A stretch of 64,000 bases of DNA from Candidatus Magasanikiibacteriota bacterium (GCA_021648085.1 JAKITS010000001.1:541671-605670), one strand, 5' to 3'. Numbered from the stretch's first letter, positions 28,311 through 37,922 are shown. Numbers and translations: made by a program. The notes: generated by a model from the sequence alone, not told the origin.

Positions 28311-30392
28311 ATGAAAAATATTTCAAAAAATTATTTAATTTTTTCTTTTGTAATAGGATTAATTTTATTATTTTTTTCTTTTGGAATTGCGAAAGCTAGT
28401 TTAGATTATGAAGTTTATAGAATAAATCCAGATTTCCGAATTACACAAACAGCTAATACTGAAGCTCCCATAAAACAACTAGGTATTGTTAGTGTTGCGG
28501 ATAGTATAAGAAATACACTACCCGCACAATTTTGTGCTTGTAATGTAGAAGGAGCCAGTGGCCGATACACAATCACCGAACTTTCACAAAAAAGAGAAGA
28601 TTGTAGAACAGCAACTGTTTTTGAACCGCCAACAAGTGGAGGACTTTTGACAAATTGTAGTGCAAATAGTGATAGGAGCTCTTGTTTGTGTGATACAAAC
28701 ATAATATCCCCACTTACAAATTCTGAATCTCGTGCAGAAGTAGAACTAACAAGATTAAGAGATAAGAGTAAAGGAGGGGCATTACTACCACTTACAGACT
28801 CTAGATGTTCTACAAAATTAAATAATACACAATTTAGCTCTTGTCGTAATTCAAGTGCTATTATTAATACATGCACGTGTACTAGTTCTGAAACAAATAG
28901 AGTTTTAGAAAGCATCACTGAAGATATAACTTTATTAGGTTTTTCACCTGGATCATCGAGTTGTAATGATACTTATATTTTAAAAGATAAACCAAAAGTT
29001 TCAGTAAATAATTGTGAATGGATTGGTTTAGATGTGTCGCCAAAAACATCCACACAATCTTTTATTCAAAATAATCTTAGCGAAATAGAAGCAATTTTAA
29101 ACAAACCACAACTTCAAATAAAAATACCTGGATTGAGTTTTTCTGGAGAAGGTTTGAAAGCAGTTGAAGACGATGACGGTTCAAAATATTTTGTAGTTCC
29201 ATTTTTGGGAGAATATATTTCCGCAGTTTACAAATTTGCGGTTGCAGCTGGAAGTATTTTTGCTGTAATTATGATTATTGTGGCAGGGCTTCAGTGGATG
29301 ATACCTGGAAATATAACATCTTCTGGAGGTGGAGATAGTAAGGAAACAATAAATAAAGCTAAAAAAAGAATAGCCGGAGCTGTAACTGGTTTAATATTAC
29401 TAGTTGGTTCTTATACACTACTTTACACAATTAACCCAAACTTAGTTGAATTTAATGGATTGAAGGTTCAATTTGTAAATCCTGAGCCGTTTCCAGCTTG
29501 GATACCATTAGGTGATCATTTGGATTTAGACTCATTAGGTCTTGATGGTAAATTTACAGGATCTATAGGTGCCCCTCCAAAATTAAGTGGTGATATAGCA
29601 CAATGTATTTATAAAAACTTTTTAGATGGAAAAAACATTGGTGATGAACCAGATATAAAAAGAATTGACATACTTAATGGATTAGGAACCTCTAAAATTA
29701 ATATCAACGCTATAAGTGCGTGGGAAAAGGTTTCCAAAGAAATTTTAGCTAGTACAGATGTCGAGATACAAGGTTATTTGAGATATATGCGCGATTATAA
29801 AGATGGGAAAGTGCCTGACTTAACAGGTAATAATGATGGTAGAGGAATTATTTCGTCAGTAACTGGACGTATAGGTGTAAAAAGAAAAACAGGTGAAGTT
29901 ACTGAAAATATACTCCAAGATACTCATGTTTTAGGTTTAACTATTGATATAATGACTAGAAGTAATTGGGATATAAGATTAAAAGAATATACAGGTAGTA
30001 GAAAAATAAACCATACGGATTACTGTAATAAATATCAAAAAACTTTAGATAAATTTAAAAATGGAGATTTTAATACTGATGCTGGATTTGACTTAACTAC
30101 TGATCCATATAAAATGTATGATAGAATACAAAATAAAATAAATGGATGTTTTAATGTTTTTAATTTAAACTTAACTACAGGCCATCACGAACCTTTTACT
30201 TCATTTCCTGATGAATGGATTAGAATTTTCGAAACAAACAATTTTTATTGGGGAGGATGGGCCTGGGGAGACCCATTCCGAACAGATTCAATGCATTTTG
30301 AATATTATGGACCGGAATGTATTAAATATAGAAAAGAGAGAGATTTGCAAATTTTAGAAAAAAAATTAAGACAATTTACAAACTCTAGATAA
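28311..30392 (+). CDS. Multidomain envelope protein: signal/TM anchor, 12-Cys extracytoplasmic domain, two-TM hairpin, C-terminal M15/LAS-family zinc peptidase domain
   Basis: 693 aa; Cys-rich residues ~70-230; hydrophobic hairpin AVYKFAVAAGSIFAVIMIIVAGLQWMI...IAGAVTGLILLVGSYTLLYTI; QDTHVLGLTIDI matches the VanY/M15 SxHxxGxAxD motif and WGGWAWGDPFRTDSMHFEY matches the C-terminal metal-ligand motif. Starts 2 bp after the DsbA gene. Confidence 0.7.
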   Translation: MKNISKNYLIFSFVIGLILLFFSFGIAKASLDYEVYRINPDFRITQTANTEAPIKQLGIVSVADSIRNTLPAQFCACNVEGASGRYTITELSQKREDCRTATVFEPPTSGGLLTNCSANSDRSSCLCDTNIISPLTNSESRAEVELTRLRDKSKGGALLPLTDSRCSTKLNNTQFSSCRNSSAIINTCTCTSSETNRVLESITEDITLLGFSPGSSSCNDTYILKDKPKVSVNNCEWIGLDVSPKTSTQSFIQNNLSEIEAILNKPQLQIKIPGLSFSGEGLKAVEDDDGSKYFVVPFLGEYISAVYKFAVAAGSIFAVIMIIVAGLQWMIPGNITSSGGGDSKETINKAKKRIAGAVTGLILLVGSYTLLYTINPNLVEFNGLKVQFVNPEPFPAWIPLGDHLDLDSLGLDGKFTGSIGAPPKLSGDIAQCIYKNFLDGKNIGDEPDIKRIDILNGLGTSKININAISAWEKVSKEILASTDVEIQGYLRYMRDYKDGKVPDLTGNNDGRGIISSVTGRIGVKRKTGEVTENILQDTHVLGLTIDIMTRSNWDIRLKEYTGSRKINHTDYCNKYQKTLDKFKNGDFNTDAGFDLTTDPYKMYDRIQNKINGCFNVFNLNLTTGHHEPFTSFPDEWIRIFETNNFYWGGWAWGDPFRTDSMHFEYYGPECIKYRKERDLQILEKKLRQFTNSR

Positions 30393-30412
30393 TATAAAAA
30401 GGATTTTTACAA

Positions 30413-31744
30413 ATGAAAATAAAAACTTTATTCACATGCTCGCATTGCGACGCCCAGTACCAGAAATGGACTGGGCGTTGTTTGGAATGTGGTAAATGGG
30501 GTTCTGTAGAACAAAAAACCACAAACTCAGTGCAAGAGCAAAAAAATAAAATCACAGCAGTCCCAACAAAAACCACAAAATTGTCAGAAATAAAAGGAAC
30601 ATCAATTCAAAGATTTAGCACAACCATCTCTGAAGTTGATCGTGTACTTGGAGGCGGAATTGTACCAGGAGTTTTGATTTTGCTTGGCGGAGAGCCAGGA
30701 ATTGGTAAATCCACCCTATCCATTCAGCTGGCAAACATTGTTCCAAATACAATTTATTTTTCTGGAGAAGAATCTATTGGACAGATTAAATTGCGTGCAG
30801 ACAGACTTGGGATAACTTCCAGCACTTTGGAATTAGCAAATGAAACAAGTGTAGAAATAATCTGTGCAACCATAAAAAATAAAAAACCAAAACTTGCTGT
30901 AATAGATTCTATACAAACAATTTATTCAAGCGAATCACAGAGTGAACTTGGGAGTGTAAACCAAATAAAAGCTTGCACAACAAAATTGCTGGAAGTGGCA
31001 AAAAGCACAAACACAGCAATCTGCATTATTGGGCATGTCACAAAAGATGGAAATGTTGCCGGACCAAAAACTTTGGAACATTTGGTGGATACAGTTTTGT
31101 ATTTGGAAGGAGACAGATACCACGCATATAGAATTTTACGAACAATCAAAAATAGATTTGGATCTACAAATGAAATTGGAATTTTTGAAATGAAAAACGA
31201 AGGTTTGTGCGAGGTAAAAAATGCTTCTGCAACTTTTATAGAAGATCGCGGTGAATCCACTTCTGGAAGTGTAATCACCTGCCTTCTCGAAGGCACACGA
31301 CCAATTTTGGTAGAAGTTCAAGCACTTGTAAACAAAACATCTTTTGGATATCCAGTCCGCAAATCTAGTGGTTTCGATTTAAACAGACTTCATGTTTTGA
31401 TAGCGGTTTTACAAAAAAGAGCAGGTTTAAATTTGTCTGAATATGATGTTCACTTGAATATTGTAGGTGGTGTTCAAGCCAAAGAACCAGCAGTAGACCT
31501 TGCAGTCTGCCTTGCGATTGCAAGCTCGTTTAAAGACAAAGAATTGGGAAGTGATTTGGTAGCTTTTGGCGAAGTTGGACTGGGCGGAGAAATAAGAAAT
31601 ATAAGCCAAACCGAAAAAAGAATAAAAGAATGCGAAAATCTCGGCATGAAAAGAGCTATAATAGCAAAGAGCAAAAAAAGTGTTCAAGGAGGTGTGAAAT
31701 TAATAGAGGTCAAAAATATTCAGGAATTGATAAGGCATACTTGA
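30413..31744 (+). CDS. radA: DNA repair protein RadA (Sms)
   Basis: 443 aa; N-terminal C4 zinc finger (CSHCDAQYQKWTGRCLECGKW), RecA-like Walker A GGEPGIGKSTL, KNRFG motif, Lon-like C-domain. Confidence 0.95.
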   Translation: MKIKTLFTCSHCDAQYQKWTGRCLECGKWGSVEQKTTNSVQEQKNKITAVPTKTTKLSEIKGTSIQRFSTTISEVDRVLGGGIVPGVLILLGGEPGIGKSTLSIQLANIVPNTIYFSGEESIGQIKLRADRLGITSSTLELANETSVEIICATIKNKKPKLAVIDSIQTIYSSESQSELGSVNQIKACTTKLLEVAKSTNTAICIIGHVTKDGNVAGPKTLEHLVDTVLYLEGDRYHAYRILRTIKNRFGSTNEIGIFEMKNEGLCEVKNASATFIEDRGESTSGSVITCLLEGTRPILVEVQALVNKTSFGYPVRKSSGFDLNRLHVLIAVLQKRAGLNLSEYDVHLNIVGGVQAKEPAVDLAVCLAIASSFKDKELGSDLVAFGEVGLGGEIRNISQTEKRIKECENLGMKRAIIAKSKKSVQGGVKLIEVKNIQELIRHT

Positions 31745-31776
31745 GGTAGCAAATTAAGCAGATTAAGTAAAAAACA

Positions 31777-31806
31777 AAAAACAGACCAATTAGTCTGTTT
31801 TTTGTT
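31777..31806. terminator. Bidirectional terminator AAAACAGACCAATTAGTCTGTTTTTT between convergent radA and guaB
   Basis: 5-bp stem CAGAC/GTCTG plus flanking A/T runs. Confidence 0.6.
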
Positions 31807-31841
31807 TAAATAATTAAATAAAAATATTAATTAATACTTTT

Positions 31842-33281
31842 TTATTTCACATCAATCAAATCATGTGCACCACTTTCTCTCAATCCTGCGTTTGTGACTC
31901 TTACAAATTCTGCGTTATTTTGTAGCTCACCCACAGTTCTAGAATTTGTATAGCTCATTCCAGAGCGAAGTCCGCCAACAAGCTGACCAATTATATCTCC
32001 CACAGGACCTTTGAATGGTACGACAGCTTCCACTCCTTCTGGTACCACATCGCCCAATTTTTTACTTTCCTGATTCACTTTTTTTCTTCTTTGTGCCACC
32101 GCAAAACTCGCGCTTCCTCGACAAACTTTGAACTTCTTCCCTGCTCTAGACATTACAACTCCAGGGCTTTCTTTTGTACCTGCCAGCATTCCACCAAGCA
32201 TCACAGTGTCTGCTCCAGCTCCAAGTGCTTTTACTATATCCCCAGATTTTTGGATTCCACCATCTGCAATTACCGGCACACCATATTCTTTGGCAACTCT
32301 GGCGCATTCTGCCACAGCGGTAAACTGCGGAACTCCACAACCAGCCACAAGACGAGTAATACAAATAGTTCCTGGGCCAACACCAACCTTAATTCCATCT
32401 ACTCCTGCTTCACACAATTCTCGTGCACCTTTAGCGCTCGCTGTATTTCCTGCAATTATCTGAACATCACCAAACTGCTCGCGCAATTTACGAACTGCAC
32501 TAAACATCAATTCAGAATGACCATGTGCAATATCTACCACCAAAACATCAACACCCACATTTATCAAAGCACTCGCTCTTTCAAGGTAATCTCCGTGAAC
32601 ACCAATAGAACCACCCACAATCAACCTACCTTTTTTGTCCACATTTGCATAAGGATAATCAATCAAATTTTTTATATCACAACTTGTAATCAACCCAACG
32701 ATAGAATTATTCATATCTACCAACGGCAACTTCTCCACTCTGTGTTGAGCTAGTAATCTTTTTGCTTCATTTAGATTTGTAGATGCATCCCCTACCACAA
32801 GTCTATCTCGAGGTGTCATCACGTCTCGCACAAGCAAACCATCATCTTCTGCAAACAAAATATCGCGCTTGGACAAAACACCCAAAAGTCGTCCATCGCC
32901 ATTTGAGACAAGAAGTCCTGTCACACCATTGTTCGCCATAACCTGTTTTGCAATACTTACTGTCTTATTTGGATCAATAGTATAAGGCTCATAAATTACA
33001 AAATTCTGTGCACGTTTTACCCTTTTTACCTCTTCTGCATTTTCTTCTATCGTCATAAACCTATGTAAAATTCCAATTCCACCAAGCCGTGCCATGCTTA
33101 TAGCCATCTCGGACTCAGTCACAGTATCCATATTTGAACTTATTATCGGTGCACTCAGTGAGATTTGTTTTGTAAGCCAAGTTGAGGTGTCAGCTTCACT
33201 TCTAGATCTCATAGAAGATCTCTGCGGAACAATCAAGACATCATCATAAGTTAATGCGATCGGAATATTGTTTACATCCAT
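31842..33281 (-). CDS. guaB: Inosine-5-prime-monophosphate dehydrogenase
   Basis: 479 aa; TIM barrel with tandem CBS insert; catalytic loop VGVGPGTICITR. Confidence 0.95.
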   Translation of the reverse strand: MDVNNIPIALTYDDVLIVPQRSSMRSRSEADTSTWLTKQISLSAPIISSNMDTVTESEMAISMARLGGIGILHRFMTIEENAEEVKRVKRAQNFVIYEPYTIDPNKTVSIAKQVMANNGVTGLLVSNGDGRLLGVLSKRDILFAEDDGLLVRDVMTPRDRLVVGDASTNLNEAKRLLAQHRVEKLPLVDMNNSIVGLITSCDIKNLIDYPYANVDKKGRLIVGGSIGVHGDYLERASALINVGVDVLVVDIAHGHSELMFSAVRKLREQFGDVQIIAGNTASAKGARELCEAGVDGIKVGVGPGTICITRLVAGCGVPQFTAVAECARVAKEYGVPVIADGGIQKSGDIVKALGAGADTVMLGGMLAGTKESPGVVMSRAGKKFKVCRGSASFAVAQRRKKVNQESKKLGDVVPEGVEAVVPFKGPVGDIIGQLVGGLRSGMSYTNSRTVGELQNNAEFVRVTNAGLRESGAHDLIDVK

Positions 33282-33308
33282 ATGGTTTAATTTAAAATAT
33301 TTTTATTT

Positions 33309-33456
33309 TTTTAACCTCCAGAACATTTGAAATTTCCTGCATGCCAGACAGGAGATTATCATTGGTTCAGCACTTTTAGTTATCTTTTAATGTCAAAAGG
33401 TAAGGTTAGAACATTTTTATGTTATCGTCAAAAAAGAATGTTTAGATGAAATAAAG
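33309..33456 (+). repeat. SLR family copy (short form) fused to a REP unit
   Basis: TTAACCTCCAGAACATTTGAAATTTCCTGCATGCCAGACAGGAG...GGTTCAGCACTTTTAGTTATCTTTTAATGTCAAAAGGTAAGGTTAGAACATTTTTATGTTATCG. Confidence 0.65.
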
Positions 33457-33489
33457 ACGAGATCCTTCGACTTCGCTCAGGATGACGTG
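33457..33489 (+). repeat. REP-like unit (short variant)
   Basis: CGAGATCCTTCGACTTCGCTCAGGATGACGTG followed by AAAATACTCAC, as in the 13043 copy. Confidence 0.65.
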
Positions 33490-33496
33490 AAAATAC

Positions 33497-35566
33497 TCAC
33501 TCCAAATGGACCCCTCTTTCCCATTCTTTTAATTTTTCAACTAATGTTGGATAATTTAAAATTTCTAAATCCTCCACCAAACTTTTAGACAAATTTATAA
33601 TTCTTGTATCAGTCAAAGAAGCAAATTTAAAATCTAGCTGACCGCTTTGAATTTTACCATAAACTTGTCCAGGTCCACGAGTTTGCAAATCGAACTCTGC
33701 AATCATCAAACCGTCTCTATTTTTTTCAAAAAAATCCAACCTCTCCCAAGATTTCTCAGATTTACTATTTGTAAATACAAAACAATAAGATTGATGGGAA
33801 CTTCGCCCAACTCTACCACGAAATTGATGAAGCTGTGCAAGCCCAAACCTGTCTGCATCTTCTATCATCATAACGCTCGCATTTGGGATATCCACACCCA
33901 CTTCTACCACAGATGTAGAGACCAAAATATCCAAATCTCCGCTCGAAAACTTTTTCATTACCTTGTCTTTTTCACCGGCTTTTAGTTTACCATGAAGGTA
34001 TCCAATTTTTAAATCAGGGAAAACTTTTTTTGACAACCTTTCATATTCATTTAGTACAGATTTTTTCTCATCTCCTTCGCCATCTTTGTTTTCTATCAAC
34101 GGACAAATCACAAAAACTTGCCTTCCGCCCACCACTTGCGCGCGAATAAAATCATAAGCTTTATGCCTGTTTTGTTCGCTCACTACTCTAGATTTCACCG
34201 GTTTTCTACCACTTGGCATTTGCGTAATTGTAGAAATATCCAAATCCCCACAAAGCACCAAAGCCAAAGACCTGGGAATTGGTGTTGCAGACATGGTTAG
34301 AAAATGTGGCATTCTATCTTTCAATCCAGATTTTTCCTTCAAAGTTTTTCTCTGCTCTACTCCAAATCTATGTTGTTCATCTATTATTATCAACCCAAGT
34401 TTTTTGAATTCCACCTTATCCCCCAAAAGTGTATGGGTTCCAATTATAATATCCGCCTCACCATTTTTTATAAGTTTTATCATTTTTGCTTTGGAAAAAA
34501 CGGCTTCGCCCTCACTATTTTTCAAAATTCTATTTGTTCTCGTAAACAAAGCAATATTCACATCTCCCAAAAATTTCTGAAAAGAATTGAAATGCTGTTT
34601 TGCCAAAATTTCTGTTGGTGCCAAAATAGCGGTCTGGTGTTTGTTCAAAATTGTATTATAACCAGCAATTGCCGCAACCACGGTTTTTCCACTTCCTACA
34701 TCTCCCTGAAGCATTCTGTTCATTGGAGAGTCTTTTTGCAAATCTTTCAAAATCTCCCAAGAAACCACTCGTTGATCCTCAGTCAGTTCAAACGGTAATG
34801 ACTTTACAAACTTTTTCATCTTTTCTTCTTTAAATAAAATCTTTGGCGCTTGAAAACTTTTATTTTGATCACGAATAAATTTTGCACGAAGTTGCAGTAA
34901 AAATAATTCATCGAATTTTAACCTTTCTCTTGCACTTGTCAAATTTTCATTATTTTCTGGAAAATGAATACCTTTTACAGCTTCGCTTGTGGAAAATAAA
35001 TTTAACTTATCAAAAATTTCCTGCGGTAACCACTCTTCAATTTTCTCTGCCAATTTTATAACCTGCCCCACAAAATAACGGATCTGCTTTTGAGTCAATC
35101 CAAAAGTAGAAGGATAAATTGGAATTATTCTAGCAGTATGTTTTGTCTGCTCCTCACTCGCCTTTTCATAAATAGGCCCAGCAAACAAAATTCCAAGTCT
35201 ATCCAAACTTGGAGTTCCAGAAAAATAAACTTCATCACCTACATTTAAAGTTTTTGCGATAAAAGGCTGACCAAACCACAAAATCCTCATTCGCCCACTA
35301 TCGTCCGAAATCAAAGCCTCGGTCAAAAAAGTGTGCTTCCTTTTACTCCTCTTATTTTTTATCAATTCTATTTTTGCTTTTACCGTCACTGCCTCCCCTA
35401 CTTTTGCATCTTTTATTTCTACGATTTTACTATAATCCTCATAACGAAATGGAAAATGGCGCAACAAATCACGGACATTTTTTATGCCCAATTTATCAAA
35501 TCTTTTCCTCAACTTATCCCCAATTTTATTCAAAGATTGTATTGGTGTTTCTAAAGTTATATTCAC
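33497..35566 (-). CDS. recG: ATP-dependent DNA helicase RecG
   Basis: 689 aa; wedge domain, helicase motifs GDVGSGKT and DEQHRFG. Confidence 0.95.
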   Translation of the reverse strand: MNITLETPIQSLNKIGDKLRKRFDKLGIKNVRDLLRHFPFRYEDYSKIVEIKDAKVGEAVTVKAKIELIKNKRSKRKHTFLTEALISDDSGRMRILWFGQPFIAKTLNVGDEVYFSGTPSLDRLGILFAGPIYEKASEEQTKHTARIIPIYPSTFGLTQKQIRYFVGQVIKLAEKIEEWLPQEIFDKLNLFSTSEAVKGIHFPENNENLTSARERLKFDELFLLQLRAKFIRDQNKSFQAPKILFKEEKMKKFVKSLPFELTEDQRVVSWEILKDLQKDSPMNRMLQGDVGSGKTVVAAIAGYNTILNKHQTAILAPTEILAKQHFNSFQKFLGDVNIALFTRTNRILKNSEGEAVFSKAKMIKLIKNGEADIIIGTHTLLGDKVEFKKLGLIIIDEQHRFGVEQRKTLKEKSGLKDRMPHFLTMSATPIPRSLALVLCGDLDISTITQMPSGRKPVKSRVVSEQNRHKAYDFIRAQVVGGRQVFVICPLIENKDGEGDEKKSVLNEYERLSKKVFPDLKIGYLHGKLKAGEKDKVMKKFSSGDLDILVSTSVVEVGVDIPNASVMMIEDADRFGLAQLHQFRGRVGRSSHQSYCFVFTNSKSEKSWERLDFFEKNRDGLMIAEFDLQTRGPGQVYGKIQSGQLDFKFASLTDTRIINLSKSLVEDLEILNYPTLVEKLKEWERGVHLE

Positions 35567-35766
35567 AAGATTTATTGTTAAATAATTTTTTGATGAAAAT
35601 TTTTATATTTCGAGCGAAACGAAGATAAAAATTATGAGGTATTGCCATAGCACTATTGAATAATTTTTATCAAGTTATAGCCGAAATATAGAAATTTTGG
35701 CGAAAAATTATCCAACAATAGATCTGTCGCTTATATATTTTAACATCTGCAAAAAATTTTACAAAT

Positions 35767-35794
35767 AAAAAAACCAGTATTTCTACTGGTTTTA
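35767..35794. terminator. Terminator hairpin AAAAAAACCAGTATTTCTACTGGTTTT (family copy)
   Basis: Identical palindrome to 13643 and 37458 copies; just downstream of ORF 35792-36139. Confidence 0.6.
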
Positions 35795-36139
35795 AACCTT
35801 GTTAGACAAAGATTTAAAAAATATTTTACTATTTTTAATAACATAAATAAAAGATTTAAAAAATATCTTTTTAGTAAAAGAGTTATTCAAAAAATAAATA
35901 TCAACAAACAAAACAGACATACAAAAAACAAAAAAGAAAGAAGCTGGAATATAAGTATTAATTACATTAGATATATAATAAAATCTTGAATTAAGTAAAC
36001 ATAACTCATAAAAATAAGTATTAACATTAAAAATAGGTAATAATAAATAAACTAAAGATAACACTCCAAACAAAATCCCACTTTTAACTACCATTTTTCT
36101 ATGTAATCTTTCACTAATTAATAAAAAAGATTTTTCCAC
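35792..36139 (-). CDS. Small polytopic membrane protein (GTG start)
   Basis: 115 aa; 3-4 TM helices; GGAGG Shine-Dalgarno 7 nt upstream of GTG. Confidence 0.5.
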   Translation of the reverse strand: MEKSFLLISERLHRKMVVKSGILFGVLSLVYLLLPIFNVNTYFYELCLLNSRFYYISNVINTYIPASFFFVFCMSVLFVDIYFLNNSFTKKIFFKSFIYVIKNSKIFFKSLSNKV

Positions 36140-36250
36140 TCTTACCTCCTTTTTGTAATTTTATAAATTGTAAAGAACTTTAAATAAATCTACCATTTTA
36201 TTCCAATTTTGTCAACAAAAAAAACCAGTATTCTTACTAATTTATTTATT
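36140..36250 (-). promoter_or_regulatory. Duplicated ~100-bp promoter/leader module (copy 1), about 80% identical to 37381-37490, including TTGACA, TACAAT-like box, AAAGGAGG RBS, GTG start and an upstream family terminator hairpin
   Basis: Minus-strand ...TTGACAAAATTGGAATAAAATGGTAGATTTATTTAAAGTTCTTTACAATTTATAAAATTACAAAAAGGAGGTAAGAGTG matches the 37381-37490 copy. Confidence 0.5.
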
Positions 36251-36252
36251 AT

Positions 36253-37380
36253 TTAAACACTAAACTCTTCTAATTCAACATCAACCAATTCTTCTAAAAC
36301 AGAGCCTAATTCATCCAACCCTAATCCTTCAGAAAAATCAGAAACAGTTAATGCCAGTTTAATATCAACTTGTCTTACAATATCTTCACTTTCTTGGCGT
36401 ATCTTTTCTAATTCACCTGCTATTTCTCCTGACATTTTTTCCAATATTTTATCAACTTCATCACTAATTTCTTGAATATCTCCAACCAACTTTCGTACAT
36501 CTTCCATAATTTTCAAATCTGGCAAAGTAGTTTGCTGAAAAACCTCTAAAGATACTCTTGTTTTACTAATATACTCTTCTTTGTCAATTTTAAAACCTCT
36601 TAAAATAACCTGCTCTCTTAAAAGATGTTCATTATATTTATTAACCGCATAAATAGCCAAATTTATATGTTTAGGAATCTTTCTGTTTAAGCGTTGGTAT
36701 TCATTTTTCCGCACCGAAAGAACTTCATTCAAACGAACAACCTCACTTAAATTAAACTCAATTCTTTTATATTGTTTTTGATAGTCGCTATCATTACCAA
36801 ACAAATCACTCTCTAACTCATTAAGTCTTTTTTTATTATGCTCAATAGCAAAATCATAATAATTTTTATCAAACTCATCTTTAAATTTATTTGGATTAAA
36901 TGATACCGCACAAAAAACTCCATTTGGTTTAAATTCTTTATATTCAAAATTATTTTCACATGACACATGTACAAACTTTTGTATATTTTCTTTGTTATAA
37001 AAGTTTAACAAAATAAAAAAAATAAAAACCAACAAAACAAAAGATAAGACAAAAGATAAAATACTTTGAAAAATTACAAGAAAAATAGGTAGATAAAAAC
37101 AAAAAAAAGGAATTATAGATAAAATCAATATCTTATTTCTAATATCATTTTTGTTTAAAATTAAAAACATATTATTTTTTTTAGATTGTTTTTCTATTTT
37201 TTTTAATATTTCCAATCTTTGATTTTCTTGTCTTACTATTTTTAATTCATAAGAAGCTTTTTCTTCTTTTACTTGATCTTCATATTTCTTTTTTGCCTTT
37301 TCAAACTCTTCATCATAAATATTACGGCGTATAGATACAAAATCTAACCACAATCTTTTTTTTAATGTATCGATTTTCAC
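36253..37380 (-). CDS. Hypothetical membrane protein with central TM hairpin and coiled-coil flanks (GTG start)
   Basis: 375 aa; hydrophobic ILILSIIPFFCFYLPIFLVIFQSILSFVLSFVLLVFIFFILLNF. Confidence 0.55.
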   Translation of the reverse strand: MKIDTLKKRLWLDFVSIRRNIYDEEFEKAKKKYEDQVKEEKASYELKIVRQENQRLEILKKIEKQSKKNNMFLILNKNDIRNKILILSIIPFFCFYLPIFLVIFQSILSFVLSFVLLVFIFFILLNFYNKENIQKFVHVSCENNFEYKEFKPNGVFCAVSFNPNKFKDEFDKNYYDFAIEHNKKRLNELESDLFGNDSDYQKQYKRIEFNLSEVVRLNEVLSVRKNEYQRLNRKIPKHINLAIYAVNKYNEHLLREQVILRGFKIDKEEYISKTRVSLEVFQQTTLPDLKIMEDVRKLVGDIQEISDEVDKILEKMSGEIAGELEKIRQESEDIVRQVDIKLALTVSDFSEGLGLDELGSVLEELVDVELEEFSV

Positions 37381-37490
37381 TGTGCACCTCCTTTTTGCAG
37401 TTTCATAAATTGTAAAGAACTTTAAATAAACTTATCATTTTTTCTAGATTTTGTCAACAAAAAAACCAGTATTTCTACTAGTTTTTTGTC
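37381..37490 (-). promoter_or_regulatory. Duplicated promoter/leader module (copy 2) with family terminator hairpin AAAAAAACCAGTATTTCTACTAGTTTTTT at 37458-37487
   Basis: See copy 1; drives ORF 36253-37380. Confidence 0.5.
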
Positions 37491-37541
37491 TCTTACTCAA
37501 TCTGCCTAATCTGCTTATTTCTTATATTTTCTATTCTATTG

Positions 37542-37613
37542 TGCTCTCGGCAGGAATCGAACCTACATCCCCAGTTCCGCAAACTAGTGTCCTATCCGTT
37601 GAACGACGAGAGC
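37542..37613 (-). tRNA. tRNA-Arg (anticodon GCG; anticodon parse less certain than the tRNA call)
   Basis: GCTCTCG-TC-GTTC-AACGGATA-GGAC-A-CTAGT-TTGCGGA-ACTGG-GGAT-GTAGG-TTCGATT-CCTGC-CGAGAGC-A; U33, G37, 4-nt variable loop. Confidence 0.7.
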
Positions 37614-37880
37614 AAATTATATCTGGAACAGTCCAATTATACCTCAAAACCATGACAAAGTCAACCATAAGAACCTATTCAACATCTTTTTCCTATTTAA
37701 TCTCACTCTATTTTGACTACAAATTTTATAAACAAGTTCGGTATAAAAATATTATTCCTTACTTTTTTATAAAATTTTCGCTCAAAATATAATAAAACTG
37801 ACTTAGAAAAAAGATATTAAATATGTTCTAGAAACAAAAAATACAAGTTTCCTTGTGTTTTTTGTTTAGTGTTTTTAAAA

Positions 37881-37922
37881 CGAGATCCGTTCGACTCCAC
37901 TTCGTTTTGCTCAGGATGACGT
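37881..37922 (+). repeat. REP-like unit (long variant)
   Basis: CGAGATCCGTTCGACTCCACTTCGTTTTGCTCAGGATGACGTG. Confidence 0.65.

Noticed and set aside
32091-32753. Several plus-strand ORFs (220, 111 aa) inside guaB
   Set aside because: Antisense to the strongly conserved IMPDH gene; Cys/Thr/Ser-rich shadow frames.
37451-37792. 113-aa plus-strand ORF
   Set aside because: Overlaps the minus-strand tRNA-Arg and the duplicated promoter module; no RBS, hydrophobic junk.
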